DNA of 64,000 nucleotides from an uncultured Actinomycetota bacterium (lineage in GTDB: Bacteria; Actinomycetota; Actinomycetes; JAHEKZ01): the NCBI GenBank assembly GCA_963718235.1, contig CAVQYR010000001.1, forward strand, positions 64,001 to 128,000, given 5' to 3'. Position numbers and translations under genes: made by a program. This document shows, piece after piece, positions 37,650 to 47,814 of this stretch. The notes beneath the pieces were generated by a model, which saw only the letters and a list, made by a program, of their open reading frames with translations, was not told where the DNA came from and made no database searches. Position 1 is the first letter of the stretch. Each line of letters opens with the position of its first letter.

Positions 37650-38987
37650 TCAGCCTGCGGTGAGATCCCCCACGAGCTCGCCGAGGGCGACCAGGTAGGC
37701 GTCGACGTCGGCGTCCACTACCGCGACCCCGAGGGCCGGTCCCGCCCCCTCGATCGCCTCCCAGACGCCGCGGTTGGCCATGTACACCCGGAGCAGTGCC
37801 CACAACGGGCGGTCGAGATCCGCCTGTCCCTCGCTGGCATCGCGGGGCGCGGTGCCGGAGAAGCAGTACCCGGAGCGGGCGAACAACCGATGGGCCTTCC
37901 ACGGCAGTCCGGCGGACGCTGCGATGGCGTCGATGCCGTCGGCCAGCCGAGCCCCGAGACGCGCGGTGCGGACGTAGGCGTCGTCGGTGAGCACCTCGGT
38001 GAGCGCGGCCCTGGCCGCGGCCATCGACAGTGCGTTGCCGAACAGCGTGCCGCCGGTGGCTCCCCACCCCGGGGTGGCGAAGCGCTCCGCCAGCTCGTCG
38101 GTCATGCCATAGGCGCCGATCGGGACACCACCGGCAATCGACTTGCCGATCGTGACGATGTCTGGGTTCAGCGACCATTGACCGATGAGGCCGCCGGGGC
38201 CACAGATCTGGGTGTGTGTCTCGTCGAGGACGAGCAGCGTCCCGGCCTCCTGCGTGAGGCGGCGCAAGGCGTCGTGGTATCCCGGCTGGGGCATGATGAC
38301 GCCCTGGTTGTTGGTCATCGCCGGCTCGGCGAGCACACAGGCGACCCGTCGGTCGAACAGCGTTCGCTCCAGTGCCTGCTCGTCGTTGAAGGGCACCAGC
38401 CGGACGTCGCGCTCGGCGCCACTGAGTCCCGGGAACTCCGCTTTCACGACGCCGTCGGCAAGCGCGGTCTGCATCTCGTCGGAGTGCCCGTGGTACTTGC
38501 CGTCGAACATGACGACGGCGTCACGTCCCGTGGCGAACCGGGCCAGTCGCATCGCCTCCACGTTGGCCGTGGTTGCCGAGAGCGTGAACTGCCACTGCGG
38601 CACGCCGTACCGTCGGGCTAGCTCTTCGGCGACAACGATCGCGTCCTCGCCGGGAAGCAGGAACTGCGTGCCACGGACGACGGCGTCGGACACCGCTCGC
38701 ACCACCGATGCCGGTGCATACCCGCAGAAGGTGCTCGTGTCCGCCAGATTCACGTCGAGGTAGCGGTGGCCGTCGACGTCGTCGAAAAACGCACCCGAAC
38801 CGTGCGTGACGAAGACTGGACCATCGGCGTTGAGGTCATCCATCCAACGCATCGGAACGCCGCGCGGCATCGAGAGACGCGAACGCTCGCGAAGCTCGAG
38901 ACTGCGTGGCCGTTGCTGGAGAAAGTGAGCGCGCTCGGCCTCGTGCAGTCGAGCCACCACGGTCGGATTGATGCCGGAAGTGTTCAC
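37650..38987 (-). CDS. Class III PLP aminotransferase (GSA-aminomutase-like)
   Basis: DVDGHRYLD, GKYHG, DETHT, GKSIAGG, GGTLFGN; RBS GGAGG. Confidence 0.87.
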   Translation of the reverse strand: MNTSGINPTVVARLHEAERAHFLQQRPRSLELRERSRLSMPRGVPMRWMDDLNADGPVFVTHGSGAFFDDVDGHRYLDVNLADTSTFCGYAPASVVRAVSDAVVRGTQFLLPGEDAIVVAEELARRYGVPQWQFTLSATTANVEAMRLARFATGRDAVVMFDGKYHGHSDEMQTALADGVVKAEFPGLSGAERDVRLVPFNDEQALERTLFDRRVACVLAEPAMTNNQGVIMPQPGYHDALRRLTQEAGTLLVLDETHTQICGPGGLIGQWSLNPDIVTIGKSIAGGVPIGAYGMTDELAERFATPGWGATGGTLFGNALSMAAARAALTEVLTDDAYVRTARLGARLADGIDAIAASAGLPWKAHRLFARSGYCFSGTAPRDASEGQADLDRPLWALLRVYMANRGVWEAIEGAGPALGVAVVDADVDAYLVALGELVGDLTAG

Positions 38988-39095
38988 GGTGAGCCTCCAG
39001 TCGTCGTCCCCACATCTTGGTTGATCGCCGGCTTCGTGGAACCGCTGCACCTGCCCCCGTTTGGTTCGCGGGCCCCGCTGCCGTAGTCTGCAGGA

Positions 39096-39205
39096 GCGCG
39101 GCCCGCTCAGTTCTGCCTCGGGCTGCCTCACATGTCGACCCCCATGCGCTGCAACCGCATTGGTTGCGCCGGGCAGGACGACCCTTCCACGTTCGGAGTT
39201 TCTTC
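39096..39205 (+). promoter_or_regulatory. Candidate structured 5' leader of DEAD-box helicase
   Basis: -10 TAGTCT at 39084; CTGCC(T)CGG pairs with CCGGGCAG, enclosing a GCAACC/GGTTGC hairpin. Confidence 0.4.
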
Positions 39206-40534
39206 ATGGCGGCTCACCGCCCCAGCACTGGCACGACCACGTTCACCGACCTCGGCGTCCACGACGCCCTCACCACGCTGCTCGCGCAGCGAGGCATCAG
39301 CGAGCCGTTCCCCATCCAGGCCGCGACCATCCCCGACGCCATCGCCGGACGTGACCTGCTCGGGCGCGGCCGAACCGGCTCGGGCAAGACCCTGGCCTTC
39401 CTCCTGCCGTTGCTCACCCAGCTCGCCACGAGCGGCAAGCACCGGCAGCGCAGCAGCCCCCGTGCGCTGATCCTGGCACCGACCCGCGAGCTGGCGAGCC
39501 AGATCGAGGCCGAGGCGGCTCCGCTCGCGAAGGCGCTGTCGCTCCGAACGATGACGGTCTTCGGTGGGGTCGGGCACAAGCCCCAGATCTCCCGACTCGA
39601 CGCCGGCGTCGACGTCCTCGTCGCGACCCCAGGCCGGCTCGAGGACCTGATCAAGGGCGGGCACGCCCGGCTCGACGCGGTCGAGATCACCGTCCTGGAC
39701 GAGGCGGACCACATGGCCGACCTCGGATTCCTGCCTGCGGTGAAGCGACTGCTCGACCAGACACCGAAGGTGGGCCAGCGGCTGCTCTTCTCCGCCACCC
39801 TCGACGGTGACGTGAACATCCTCGTGCGGCGCTACATGAAGCAGCCGGTCACCCATCATGTCGACCCGGTCGAGTCACGCGTCGCTGACGTGGAGCACCA
39901 CGTGCTGCACATCGCCAGCGAGGACCGCTTGGCCGTGCTGGTCGACCTCGCCGCGGCGCCAGGGCGCACGGTGGTGTTCACCCGGACAAAGCACGGGGCC
40001 AAGACCCTGGCGCGCAAGCTGACGGCGTCTGGCGTTCCGGCGGTCGAGCTGCACGGGAACCTCGCGCAGAACGCCCGGGCCCGAAACCTCAAGGCGTTCA
40101 CCGACGGCTCGGCCATGACCCTCGTGGCCACCGACATCGCCGCCCGGGGGATCCACGTCGACGACGTCAACCTGGTCATCCACGCCGACCCGCCCGCCGA
40201 GCACAAGGCGTACCTGCACCGCTCCGGGCGTACGGCTCGGGCGGGAGCGGCCGGGACCGTGGTCACCCTGATGACGCACGCCCAGGTCGGAGACGTTCGC
40301 GATCTCACCCGTAGGGCAGGGATCCGCCCGACGACCACGCGACTCGCCCCAGGTCACCCGCTCCTTGCCGAGCTGGCTCCCGGGAACCGGGAGTTCACGG
40401 CACCGTCGGCCCAGCCGGCCACGACCTCGACTCCGTCTCGGCAGCCCCGCTCCCGCAACGGCCACGGCCGCCCGTCGAACGGCGGGACGTCGAACCGAAG
40501 CGGACGATCGAACCGCAGCCGCCGCTCCCGCTGA
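39206..40534 (+). CDS. DEAD-box RNA helicase
   Basis: PIQ, GSGKT, PTRELA, TPGR, DEAD, SAT, ARGI, HRSGRTAR; basic C-terminal tail. Confidence 0.95.
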   Translation: MAAHRPSTGTTTFTDLGVHDALTTLLAQRGISEPFPIQAATIPDAIAGRDLLGRGRTGSGKTLAFLLPLLTQLATSGKHRQRSSPRALILAPTRELASQIEAEAAPLAKALSLRTMTVFGGVGHKPQISRLDAGVDVLVATPGRLEDLIKGGHARLDAVEITVLDEADHMADLGFLPAVKRLLDQTPKVGQRLLFSATLDGDVNILVRRYMKQPVTHHVDPVESRVADVEHHVLHIASEDRLAVLVDLAAAPGRTVVFTRTKHGAKTLARKLTASGVPAVELHGNLAQNARARNLKAFTDGSAMTLVATDIAARGIHVDDVNLVIHADPPAEHKAYLHRSGRTARAGAAGTVVTLMTHAQVGDVRDLTRRAGIRPTTTRLAPGHPLLAELAPGNREFTAPSAQPATTSTPSRQPRSRNGHGRPSNGGTSNRSGRSNRSRRSR

Positions 40535-40549
40535 TCGCGTGGCGCAGGG

Positions 40550-41548
<999 letters not shown>

Positions 41549-41646
41549 AGGTAGGCCCTTCTGTGTGCGAGGCCTCGGCCTCCGGTCGGTTCATTGTGTC
41601 GTACGGTCGACACCGGACTCTCGACGTCGACCAGGAGCGCACAGCC

Positions 41647-42573
41647 ATGCTGGCACTGCTCACCACGGGTGACCCCACAAACCCACTCACGATCAGCGAG
41701 GTCCCAGAGCCCGCAGCAGGCTCGAGCGAGGCCCTGGTCTCGGTCGAAGCCACCTCGCTGAACCCAGGCGAGGTCCGCACCATCGAGACGGCGCCACCAG
41801 GAACCAACCTCGGCTGGGACGTGGCCGGAACCGTTGTCGAGGTCGCGGCCGACGGCAGCGGACCCCCGGTGGGAACGAGGGTCTGCGGACTCGTCGGTCG
41901 CGGCGCGTGGGCCCAGCGGGTTGCCGTACCGACCCACGTGCTGGCACCGATCCCCGATGGGGTCACGCACGCGCAGGCCGCGACCCTGCCCATCGCCGGG
42001 CTGACCGCGTGGCGGGCCCTCGAGCACGGCGGCCTGCTGCTCGCACGAGAGGTCCTCGTCACCGGTGGCGCAGGTGGCGTCGGTCGGTTGGCCATTCAGC
42101 TCGCGCACCGGGCAGGTGCAGCGGTCACCGCAGTCGTGGGTCGACCCTCGCGCGCCACAGGGCTCGCTGCGATCGGTGCTGACGAGATCGTCATCGGGAT
42201 GGACGCCGCGCAGGGAAGCTACGACCTCGTCCTGGACTCGGTCGGCGGCGAGTCACTGACCCATGGCCTGAATCACCTTGCTCCGCAAGGGATTCTGGTC
42301 AGCTACGGCCGCTCCTCCTTCGACGACGCGCGCATCGATCCCTCGTGGTTCATGACGCACTCGGGCGCGTCGATGGTCGGGCTGCTCGTCTTCACCGAAG
42401 TTGTGGAACGACGTCTCGGTGCAGACCAGCTGCGTCGACTGATGCAGCTGGTTGCCGAAGGCACGCTCGACCCGCAGGTCGGGCTCGAGTGCTCATGGCG
42501 CAACGCCACGGCCGCGACGCAGGCGCTCCTGGCGCGTGAAGTGGCGGGAAAGGCCGTCCTGCACCTCGACTGA
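41647..42573 (+). CDS. MDR-family zinc-binding dehydrogenase / quinone oxidoreductase
   Basis: SLNPGE, GWDVAG, TGGAGGVG, GKAVL. Confidence 0.87.
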   Translation: MLALLTTGDPTNPLTISEVPEPAAGSSEALVSVEATSLNPGEVRTIETAPPGTNLGWDVAGTVVEVAADGSGPPVGTRVCGLVGRGAWAQRVAVPTHVLAPIPDGVTHAQAATLPIAGLTAWRALEHGGLLLAREVLVTGGAGGVGRLAIQLAHRAGAAVTAVVGRPSRATGLAAIGADEIVIGMDAAQGSYDLVLDSVGGESLTHGLNHLAPQGILVSYGRSSFDDARIDPSWFMTHSGASMVGLLVFTEVVERRLGADQLRRLMQLVAEGTLDPQVGLECSWRNATAATQALLAREVAGKAVLHLD

Positions 42574-42694
42574 CGACGCGTTCGGTTCCCGGGAGACCCA
42601 CGTCACGTAGTCGGACGACCACGGTGAGTATCGCTCGGTGTGACGCACGCCACGATGCTCAGTTCAGACTGGCCACGTGCCTCAGGTCACAGAG

Positions 42695-42716
42695 GTTGAC
42701 GTTTTCGCACGTCAAC
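42695..42716. promoter_or_regulatory. Palindromic operator candidate upstream of rpf gene
   Basis: GTTGACGT-N6-ACGTCAAC perfect inverted repeat. Confidence 0.45.
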
Positions 42717-42818
42717 GGCTTGCCTGTCCACGCTTCTGTCCGTTTCGACCCGGTACGTCCGACCGTCGTCCTCCACCGTCGAACTGACGGATACCGCCGA
42801 ACCCGGTAGCGTTCCTGC

Positions 42819-42956
42819 TCAGTGATGCGCCCCTGAAGGGGTGCCCCCGTATCGGGGATCGGCGCCATGAGCGCCTGACAGCCGGGGTGGAGCCCCAGAC
42901 CGCAGCGTGCTCGTGCGCCGCATGCTCCTGCCCGGGCCGACGAGGTCTGGAGTTCC
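42819..42956 (+). ncRNA. Candidate cis-regulatory structured leader of rpfB-like gene
   Basis: -10 TAGCGT at 42807; four consecutive hairpins plus a CCAGACC/GGTCTGG stem overlapping the RBS. Confidence 0.4.
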
Positions 42957-43949
42957 ATGTCTGTTCGACGCACTGCAATGAACCCTGCTCTTCGCAACGG
43001 TCTTCTCTCCGGTGGAGCCATGCTTCTGGTCGGAGCGGTGGTGACCACCGGAACCGGTGTCGATGCATCAGCTGCCGAGCTGCCCACCGTCACGCTCACC
43101 GTCGACGGCTCGACGTCATCGGTCACGACGAGCGCCTCAACCGTCGACGAGCTGCTCGCCGACGAGAGAGTCGCAACCGACGCGAACGACGCAGTGTCAC
43201 CGGGGCCGTCGAGCCGAGTTTCCAACGGAATGAAGGTCGACGTCGTCACGCGGGTCGCCGTCAGGGTCAAGCGACAGGACAGCGTGGAACCACACCTCGT
43301 CAGCGCAGATACCGCGGGCCAGCTCATGAGCGAGCTGTCGCTTCCCACACGCAGCGCGACCGCTGCAGATGGCACCGCAGCCAGCTCTGCTGACGCAGTG
43401 GTCTGGTCCCGCACCGTCGTCCAGAGTCCCCGAGGACGACGGCTCACGCGCGACGACCGCCTCTCCGACGGAAGCATCGCCCATGTGCAGCGCGTGCGAG
43501 TCGTCACCGACAGCCGCCGCGAGCTGGTGAAGGCCCGAACGGTGCGTAAGCACACGCCCCTGCTGCACTCGGGCACCAAGAAGGTGCTGCAGTCCGGACG
43601 CGACGGACGTCGCTACGTCACGGTGCGCATGACCAGGATCGACGGAACGCTCGTCCGCCGCACCATTCTCCACAAGAAGGTGCTGCGCGACACCCGTCGT
43701 CACGTCATCGCCGTGGGCACCGGTCCCAACTGGCCGGCGCTTGCCCGCTGCGAGTCCGGGAACAACCCACGCGCGGTCAATCCGTCCGGCTTCTACGGCC
43801 TCTACCAGTTCAGCATCTCGACCTGGCAGGGCGTTGGTGGCTCGGGCAACCCGACCGACGCATCGCGGTGGGAGCAGACCAAGCGCGCCTGGATCCTGTA
43901 CCGACGCGCGGGAAGCAGCCCCTGGCCGGTCTGTGGGGCGAACCTGTAG
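42957..43949 (+). CDS. rpfB: Resuscitation-promoting factor RpfB-like (DUF348, G5, transglycosylase domain)
   Basis: VTLTVDG...TVDELL, G5-like segment, NWPALARCESG.N, FYGLYQF..STW, PWPVCG. Confidence 0.88.
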   Translation: MSVRRTAMNPALRNGLLSGGAMLLVGAVVTTGTGVDASAAELPTVTLTVDGSTSSVTTSASTVDELLADERVATDANDAVSPGPSSRVSNGMKVDVVTRVAVRVKRQDSVEPHLVSADTAGQLMSELSLPTRSATAADGTAASSADAVVWSRTVVQSPRGRRLTRDDRLSDGSIAHVQRVRVVTDSRRELVKARTVRKHTPLLHSGTKKVLQSGRDGRRYVTVRMTRIDGTLVRRTILHKKVLRDTRRHVIAVGTGPNWPALARCESGNNPRAVNPSGFYGLYQFSISTWQGVGGSGNPTDASRWEQTKRAWILYRRAGSSPWPVCGANL

Positions 43950-44008
43950 CAGGTGCGGGTCGCAAGACCCTCTGCTCCGGAGGCGGACACAGGGACAATG
44001 GCCACGCC

Positions 44009-44785
44009 ATGAGCTCCGCGGTCACGCCAACCGGTCGCCGGTGGACCCGAACGTACCTCCCGCCTCAGCACGGCGCGTGGGCGATGCTCGTCGTCCCCTA
44101 CGTCCTCGGGAGCGCTGCGTCGTCGTTCGGCTGGTGGTCGCTGCCGCTCCTGACCGGGTGGCTCTCCGCGTACCTCGTCAGCTACTACGCGTTCCAGGGT
44201 CTCAAGGCCCGGCGCTGGGGCCGATACCGAGCGCCGCTGCGGCTGTACGGCGCCGGGCTCGCCCTCTCGGCGGTACCCCTCGCCGTCTACCGACCGTGGG
44301 TGGTGACCTCGGTGGTGTTGTTCCTGCCCTTCACCGCAGTCAACGCCTGGTACGCCGAGCACCGACGGGACCGGTTCTGGCTCAACGGCGTGGCCTCGGT
44401 CACCCAGGCCTGCCTGATGGTGCCCGTGGCGTACGCCCTCGGTCTCGGTCTTCGCCTGGTCGACCTGGAGGGGGGCTCGGTCGACTGGTCGACACCCGCG
44501 CAGCTGTACGCCGTCGCATGGCTGTACTTCACCGGGACCGTGCTCTTCGTCAAGACGATGATTCGCGAGGCAGGTGATCCCACCTACTACCGGGGGTCAG
44601 TCGTCTTCCACCTGGTCGCACTCGTCCTGGCCGGCCTGATCGACGTCTGGCTCGTTGTGCCCTTCGCGCTCTACCTGCTGCGCGCGGTCGCCTTGCCGTA
44701 CCGGTCGCTCAGGCCGGCACAGGTCGGTGCGGTCGAGGTCGTGAACGCGACGCTGCTGGTCGTCGTCTCTCTCCTGGTCGTATGA
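44009..44785 (+). CDS. YwiC-like membrane protein
   Basis: PPQHGAWAML, YFTGTVLFVKTMIRE. Confidence 0.85.
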   Translation: MSSAVTPTGRRWTRTYLPPQHGAWAMLVVPYVLGSAASSFGWWSLPLLTGWLSAYLVSYYAFQGLKARRWGRYRAPLRLYGAGLALSAVPLAVYRPWVVTSVVLFLPFTAVNAWYAEHRRDRFWLNGVASVTQACLMVPVAYALGLGLRLVDLEGGSVDWSTPAQLYAVAWLYFTGTVLFVKTMIREAGDPTYYRGSVVFHLVALVLAGLIDVWLVVPFALYLLRAVALPYRSLRPAQVGAVEVVNATLLVVVSLLVV

Positions 44786-44792
44786 GCCAGGA

Positions 44793-45143
44793 TCAGCCGT
44801 AGCCCAGCTCGTGGAGGCGGTCCTCCTCGATCCCGAAGTAGTGCGCGATCTCGTGCACGACGGTGATCCGCACCTCCTCGACCACCTGCTCCGGTGAGGA
44901 GCACATGCGCAGCACCGGTCCACGGAAGATCGTGATCCGGTCGGGCAGCACACCGGAGTAGTTCGTGTCCCGTTCGGTCAGGGGGATCCCTTCGTAGAGC
45001 CCCAGGAGCACACCTTGTGACGGGTGCGGCTCGTCCTCGACCAGGACGACCACGTTGTCGATCAGGTCGGCGAGCTGGGTCGGAATCCCGTCCAAGGCCT
45101 CGCCGACCAGCTCGTCGAAAGACTCGGGGGGCAAGGACAGCAC
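44793..45143 (-). CDS. Zincin-like metallopeptidase (DUF1025 family)
   Basis: LLGLYEGIPLTER, PDRITIFR, VVHEIAHYFGI. Confidence 0.88.
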   Translation of the reverse strand: MLSLPPESFDELVGEALDGIPTQLADLIDNVVVLVEDEPHPSQGVLLGLYEGIPLTERDTNYSGVLPDRITIFRGPVLRMCSSPEQVVEEVRITVVHEIAHYFGIEEDRLHELGYG

Positions 45144-45225
45144 CCACCCATCCTGGGCCCTGCCTGGGCGCTTTGGAGGATCGTTTGGGCATCCCCTATG
45201 CTGAGCGGGCTTCCCGACGGAGCTA

Positions 45226-45298
45226 GCCCTCATCGTCTAGCGGCCCAGGACGCCGCCCTTTCAAGGCGGTAGCACGGGTTCGAATCCCGTTGGGGGCA
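45226..45298 (+). tRNA. tRNA-Glu(TTC)
   Basis: Cloverleaf; anticodon loop CTTTCAA; GGTTCGAATCC. Confidence 0.97.
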
Positions 45299-45320
45299 CC
45301 TTTCGGAGGCAACTTCGCGA

Positions 45321-45395
45321 GGTCCCGTGGAGCAGTTTGGAGTGCTCGCCACCCTGTCAAGGTGGAGGCCGCGGGTTCAAATCCCGTCGGGACCG
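45321..45395 (+). tRNA. tRNA-Asp(GTC)
   Basis: Cloverleaf; anticodon loop CTGTCAA; GGTTCAAATCC. Confidence 0.97.
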
Positions 45396-45417
45396 CTCGA
45401 CCGGTTCGTCCGGTCAG

Positions 45418-45491
45418 GGGCAGGTAGCTCAGTTGGTACGAGCGTCCGGCTGAAAACCGGAAGGTCGGCGGTTCGACCCCGCCCCTGCCCA
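45418..45491 (+). tRNA. tRNA-Phe(GAA)
   Basis: Cloverleaf; anticodon loop CTGAAAA; GGTTCGACCCC. Confidence 0.97.
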
Positions 45492-45494
45492 CCG

Positions 45495-45870
45495 TCACGA
45501 ACGTGCCGAGTCCTCTTCCTGGTACTGCTTCAGCAGCACCAGCTCGTCACCAGCCCTAGGGACCCTCGAGAACACCAACGCCGCCCCGAGGAGCACCGCC
45601 ACGATGCCGGCGGTGTAGGCCCACTGGTCGCCGGCCAGGAACGACTCCTTGGCCGCCTGGGCGATCTGGGCGGAGTACCGCGGGAACTGCTGCGTCGTGG
45701 CCTCTGCGCTCGCCAAGGACTTGGTCAGGGCGGCCTCGGTCGCCGAGGACACCTTGTCGGCGTCCGGTGAGGCGGCGATGGTGGCGCTGAACGCCGAGGC
45801 GTAGCCCGCGGCGAGCAGCGCGCCGAAGATCGACTGCATGATCGCCCGCCCAGGTCGCGCTGGAGGTCGC
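45495..45870 (-). pseudogene. 3' remnant of an MFS transporter gene
   Basis: DLQRDLGG(fs)IMQSIFGALL.AGY...AAKESFLAG; similarity stops abruptly upstream; no N-terminal half. Confidence 0.65.
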
Positions 45871-46081
45871 CCTCGGCTGGGCTGTCTTCGAGGCCACCGT
45901 TGCCTCCCGTCCGCGCTACCGATCGGAGTCGACACTCTTAGGACGGCAAAGATCCCGGCTCCCGACGGAGATGGTCCTGCTGGGAGGTAGGCAACCTGGC
46001 CGTTGTGTGGTTGCCTGTCGGCCGTCCCTTGGAACGACTCACGCTCACCGAACATGGCCCCTGTCGCGCCGAGGAGTACCG

Positions 46082-47761
46082 ATGAAGTTCATGCCGGAGT
46101 CGCTGCGCGGGTACCAGAAGTCTTGGCTGCGTGGTGACGTGGTGGCCGGAGTCACGTTGGCTGCGGTCGCCATCCCGGAGACCATGGGCTACGCGAGCAT
46201 CGCGCAGATGCCAGTCGTGACCGGTCTCTACACGGTCATCTTCCCCACGCTGGTCTTCGCCCTCCTGGGCGCGTCGAAGCTCCTCGTCGTCGGCGCCGAC
46301 TCGGCGACCGCAGCGCTGATGGCCGCGGGCCTGGCCGGGCTCGGCGTCGCCGGCCTCACCCCCGAGAGCTCGGAGTGGGTGGCATGGGCCGGGCTCGTAG
46401 CACTGGTTACCGGCGCCCTGCTCGTGCTGGCTCGGCTGCTCAAGCTCGGCTTCATCGGCGACTTCCTCAGTGCATCCGTGCTGATCGGCTTCCTCACCGG
46501 CGTCGGGGTCCAGGTACTGAGCGGGCAGATCCCGGGCATGCTCGGGGTCACCAAGGGCACCGGCAACTGGTTCGAGCAGCAGTGGACCTGGATCACCGAG
46601 ATCCCTGACGCCAACGGCTACACCGTCGGTTTCACCCTGCTGACTCTCGCCTGCATCTACGGCTTCAAGCGTTGGGTCCCGAAGATCCCCGGAGCCCTGG
46701 TGGCGATCATCTTGTCGATCATCATCTCCTCTGCCATCGACGCCAAGTCCGAAGGCGTGTCGGTGATCGGTGCGATCACCGGGGGGTTCCCCCCGATCGG
46801 GCTTCCCTCCGGTGTCACCCTGAGCGATGCAGCCAAGGTGCTGGCCCTCGCGATGTCCTGCTTGGTGCTGATCATCGCCCAGAGCGCAGCGACGTCGCGC
46901 AGCTTCGCCATGAAGCACGGCGAGAAGGTCGACGTGAACCGCGACATCATCGGCCTCAGCGGCGCCAACCTGGCTGCCGGACTGACCGGGACGTTCGTCG
47001 TCAACGGCAGCCCGACAAAGACCCAGATCCTCGACGAGGACCACGGGCGCACCCAGCTCGCCAACATCACGATGTCGGCGGTCGTTCTGCTGTTCGTACT
47101 GTTCTTCACGGGACTGCTGAAGAACATGCCCAGCGCCGTGCTCGCCGCGATCGTCTTCACGATCGGGGTCAGCCTGATCGATGCGTTGGGTCTGAAGGTG
47201 GTCCTGCGCGAGCGGCGCAGCGAGTTCGTGGTGGCCCTGATCACCGCGATCGTGGTGTGCGCGGTCGGCGTCGAGCAGGGGATCGTGCTTGCGATCATCT
47301 TGTCGATCATCGACCTGCTGCGCCGCCAATACAGCCCGAAGCGCTTCGTCGTCGGTGTGGAGAAGGACGGCATGCGCAACTACGAGGCAGCGGAGGCTGG
47401 TGCCCAGAGTGCCCCCGGCCTTCTGATCTTCCGGTACGACGCCGACCTGTTCTACGCCAACGCCAACCGGATGAGCGACGACGTCCAGCGGCTGATCCTC
47501 GCGGCACCGGACCCGGTCCGATGGCTGGTGCTTGACTGCTCGGTCACCAGCGACGCGGACTACTCGGCCGGTGTGGCTCTCAACGGCCTGGTGGACTTCG
47601 TCCACGAGCACGGCGCCGTCTTCTCGCTGGCCGCGGCCGACACGGATCTGGTCCACTCGCTGGAGGCCTACGGGGTGATCCAGCGGCTCGACCCGCAGCA
47701 TGTGTACCCGACCATGTCCGATGCCATCGAGGCGTTCCGCGCGACCACCCCGGCGGGCTGA
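46082..47761 (+). CDS. SulP-family anion transporter with STAS domain
   Basis: GDVVAGVT, IPETMGYA, NGSPTKT, C-terminal LFYANA STAS domain. Confidence 0.92.
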   Translation: MKFMPESLRGYQKSWLRGDVVAGVTLAAVAIPETMGYASIAQMPVVTGLYTVIFPTLVFALLGASKLLVVGADSATAALMAAGLAGLGVAGLTPESSEWVAWAGLVALVTGALLVLARLLKLGFIGDFLSASVLIGFLTGVGVQVLSGQIPGMLGVTKGTGNWFEQQWTWITEIPDANGYTVGFTLLTLACIYGFKRWVPKIPGALVAIILSIIISSAIDAKSEGVSVIGAITGGFPPIGLPSGVTLSDAAKVLALAMSCLVLIIAQSAATSRSFAMKHGEKVDVNRDIIGLSGANLAAGLTGTFVVNGSPTKTQILDEDHGRTQLANITMSAVVLLFVLFFTGLLKNMPSAVLAAIVFTIGVSLIDALGLKVVLRERRSEFVVALITAIVVCAVGVEQGIVLAIILSIIDLLRRQYSPKRFVVGVEKDGMRNYEAAEAGAQSAPGLLIFRYDADLFYANANRMSDDVQRLILAAPDPVRWLVLDCSVTSDADYSAGVALNGLVDFVHEHGAVFSLAAADTDLVHSLEAYGVIQRLDPQHVYPTMSDAIEAFRATTPAG

Positions 47762-47814
47762 GCCGGTCCAGCACGAGCGTCCGAGCCGGTCCGACGCGAC
47801 CCTAGGATCGTCGG

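Noticed and set aside
42807-42956. Second c-di-AMP riboswitch upstream of rpf
   Set aside because: Lacks the GGGGAACC, GGGGTGAA and GACAGCTNAC arrangement present in the true ydaO element
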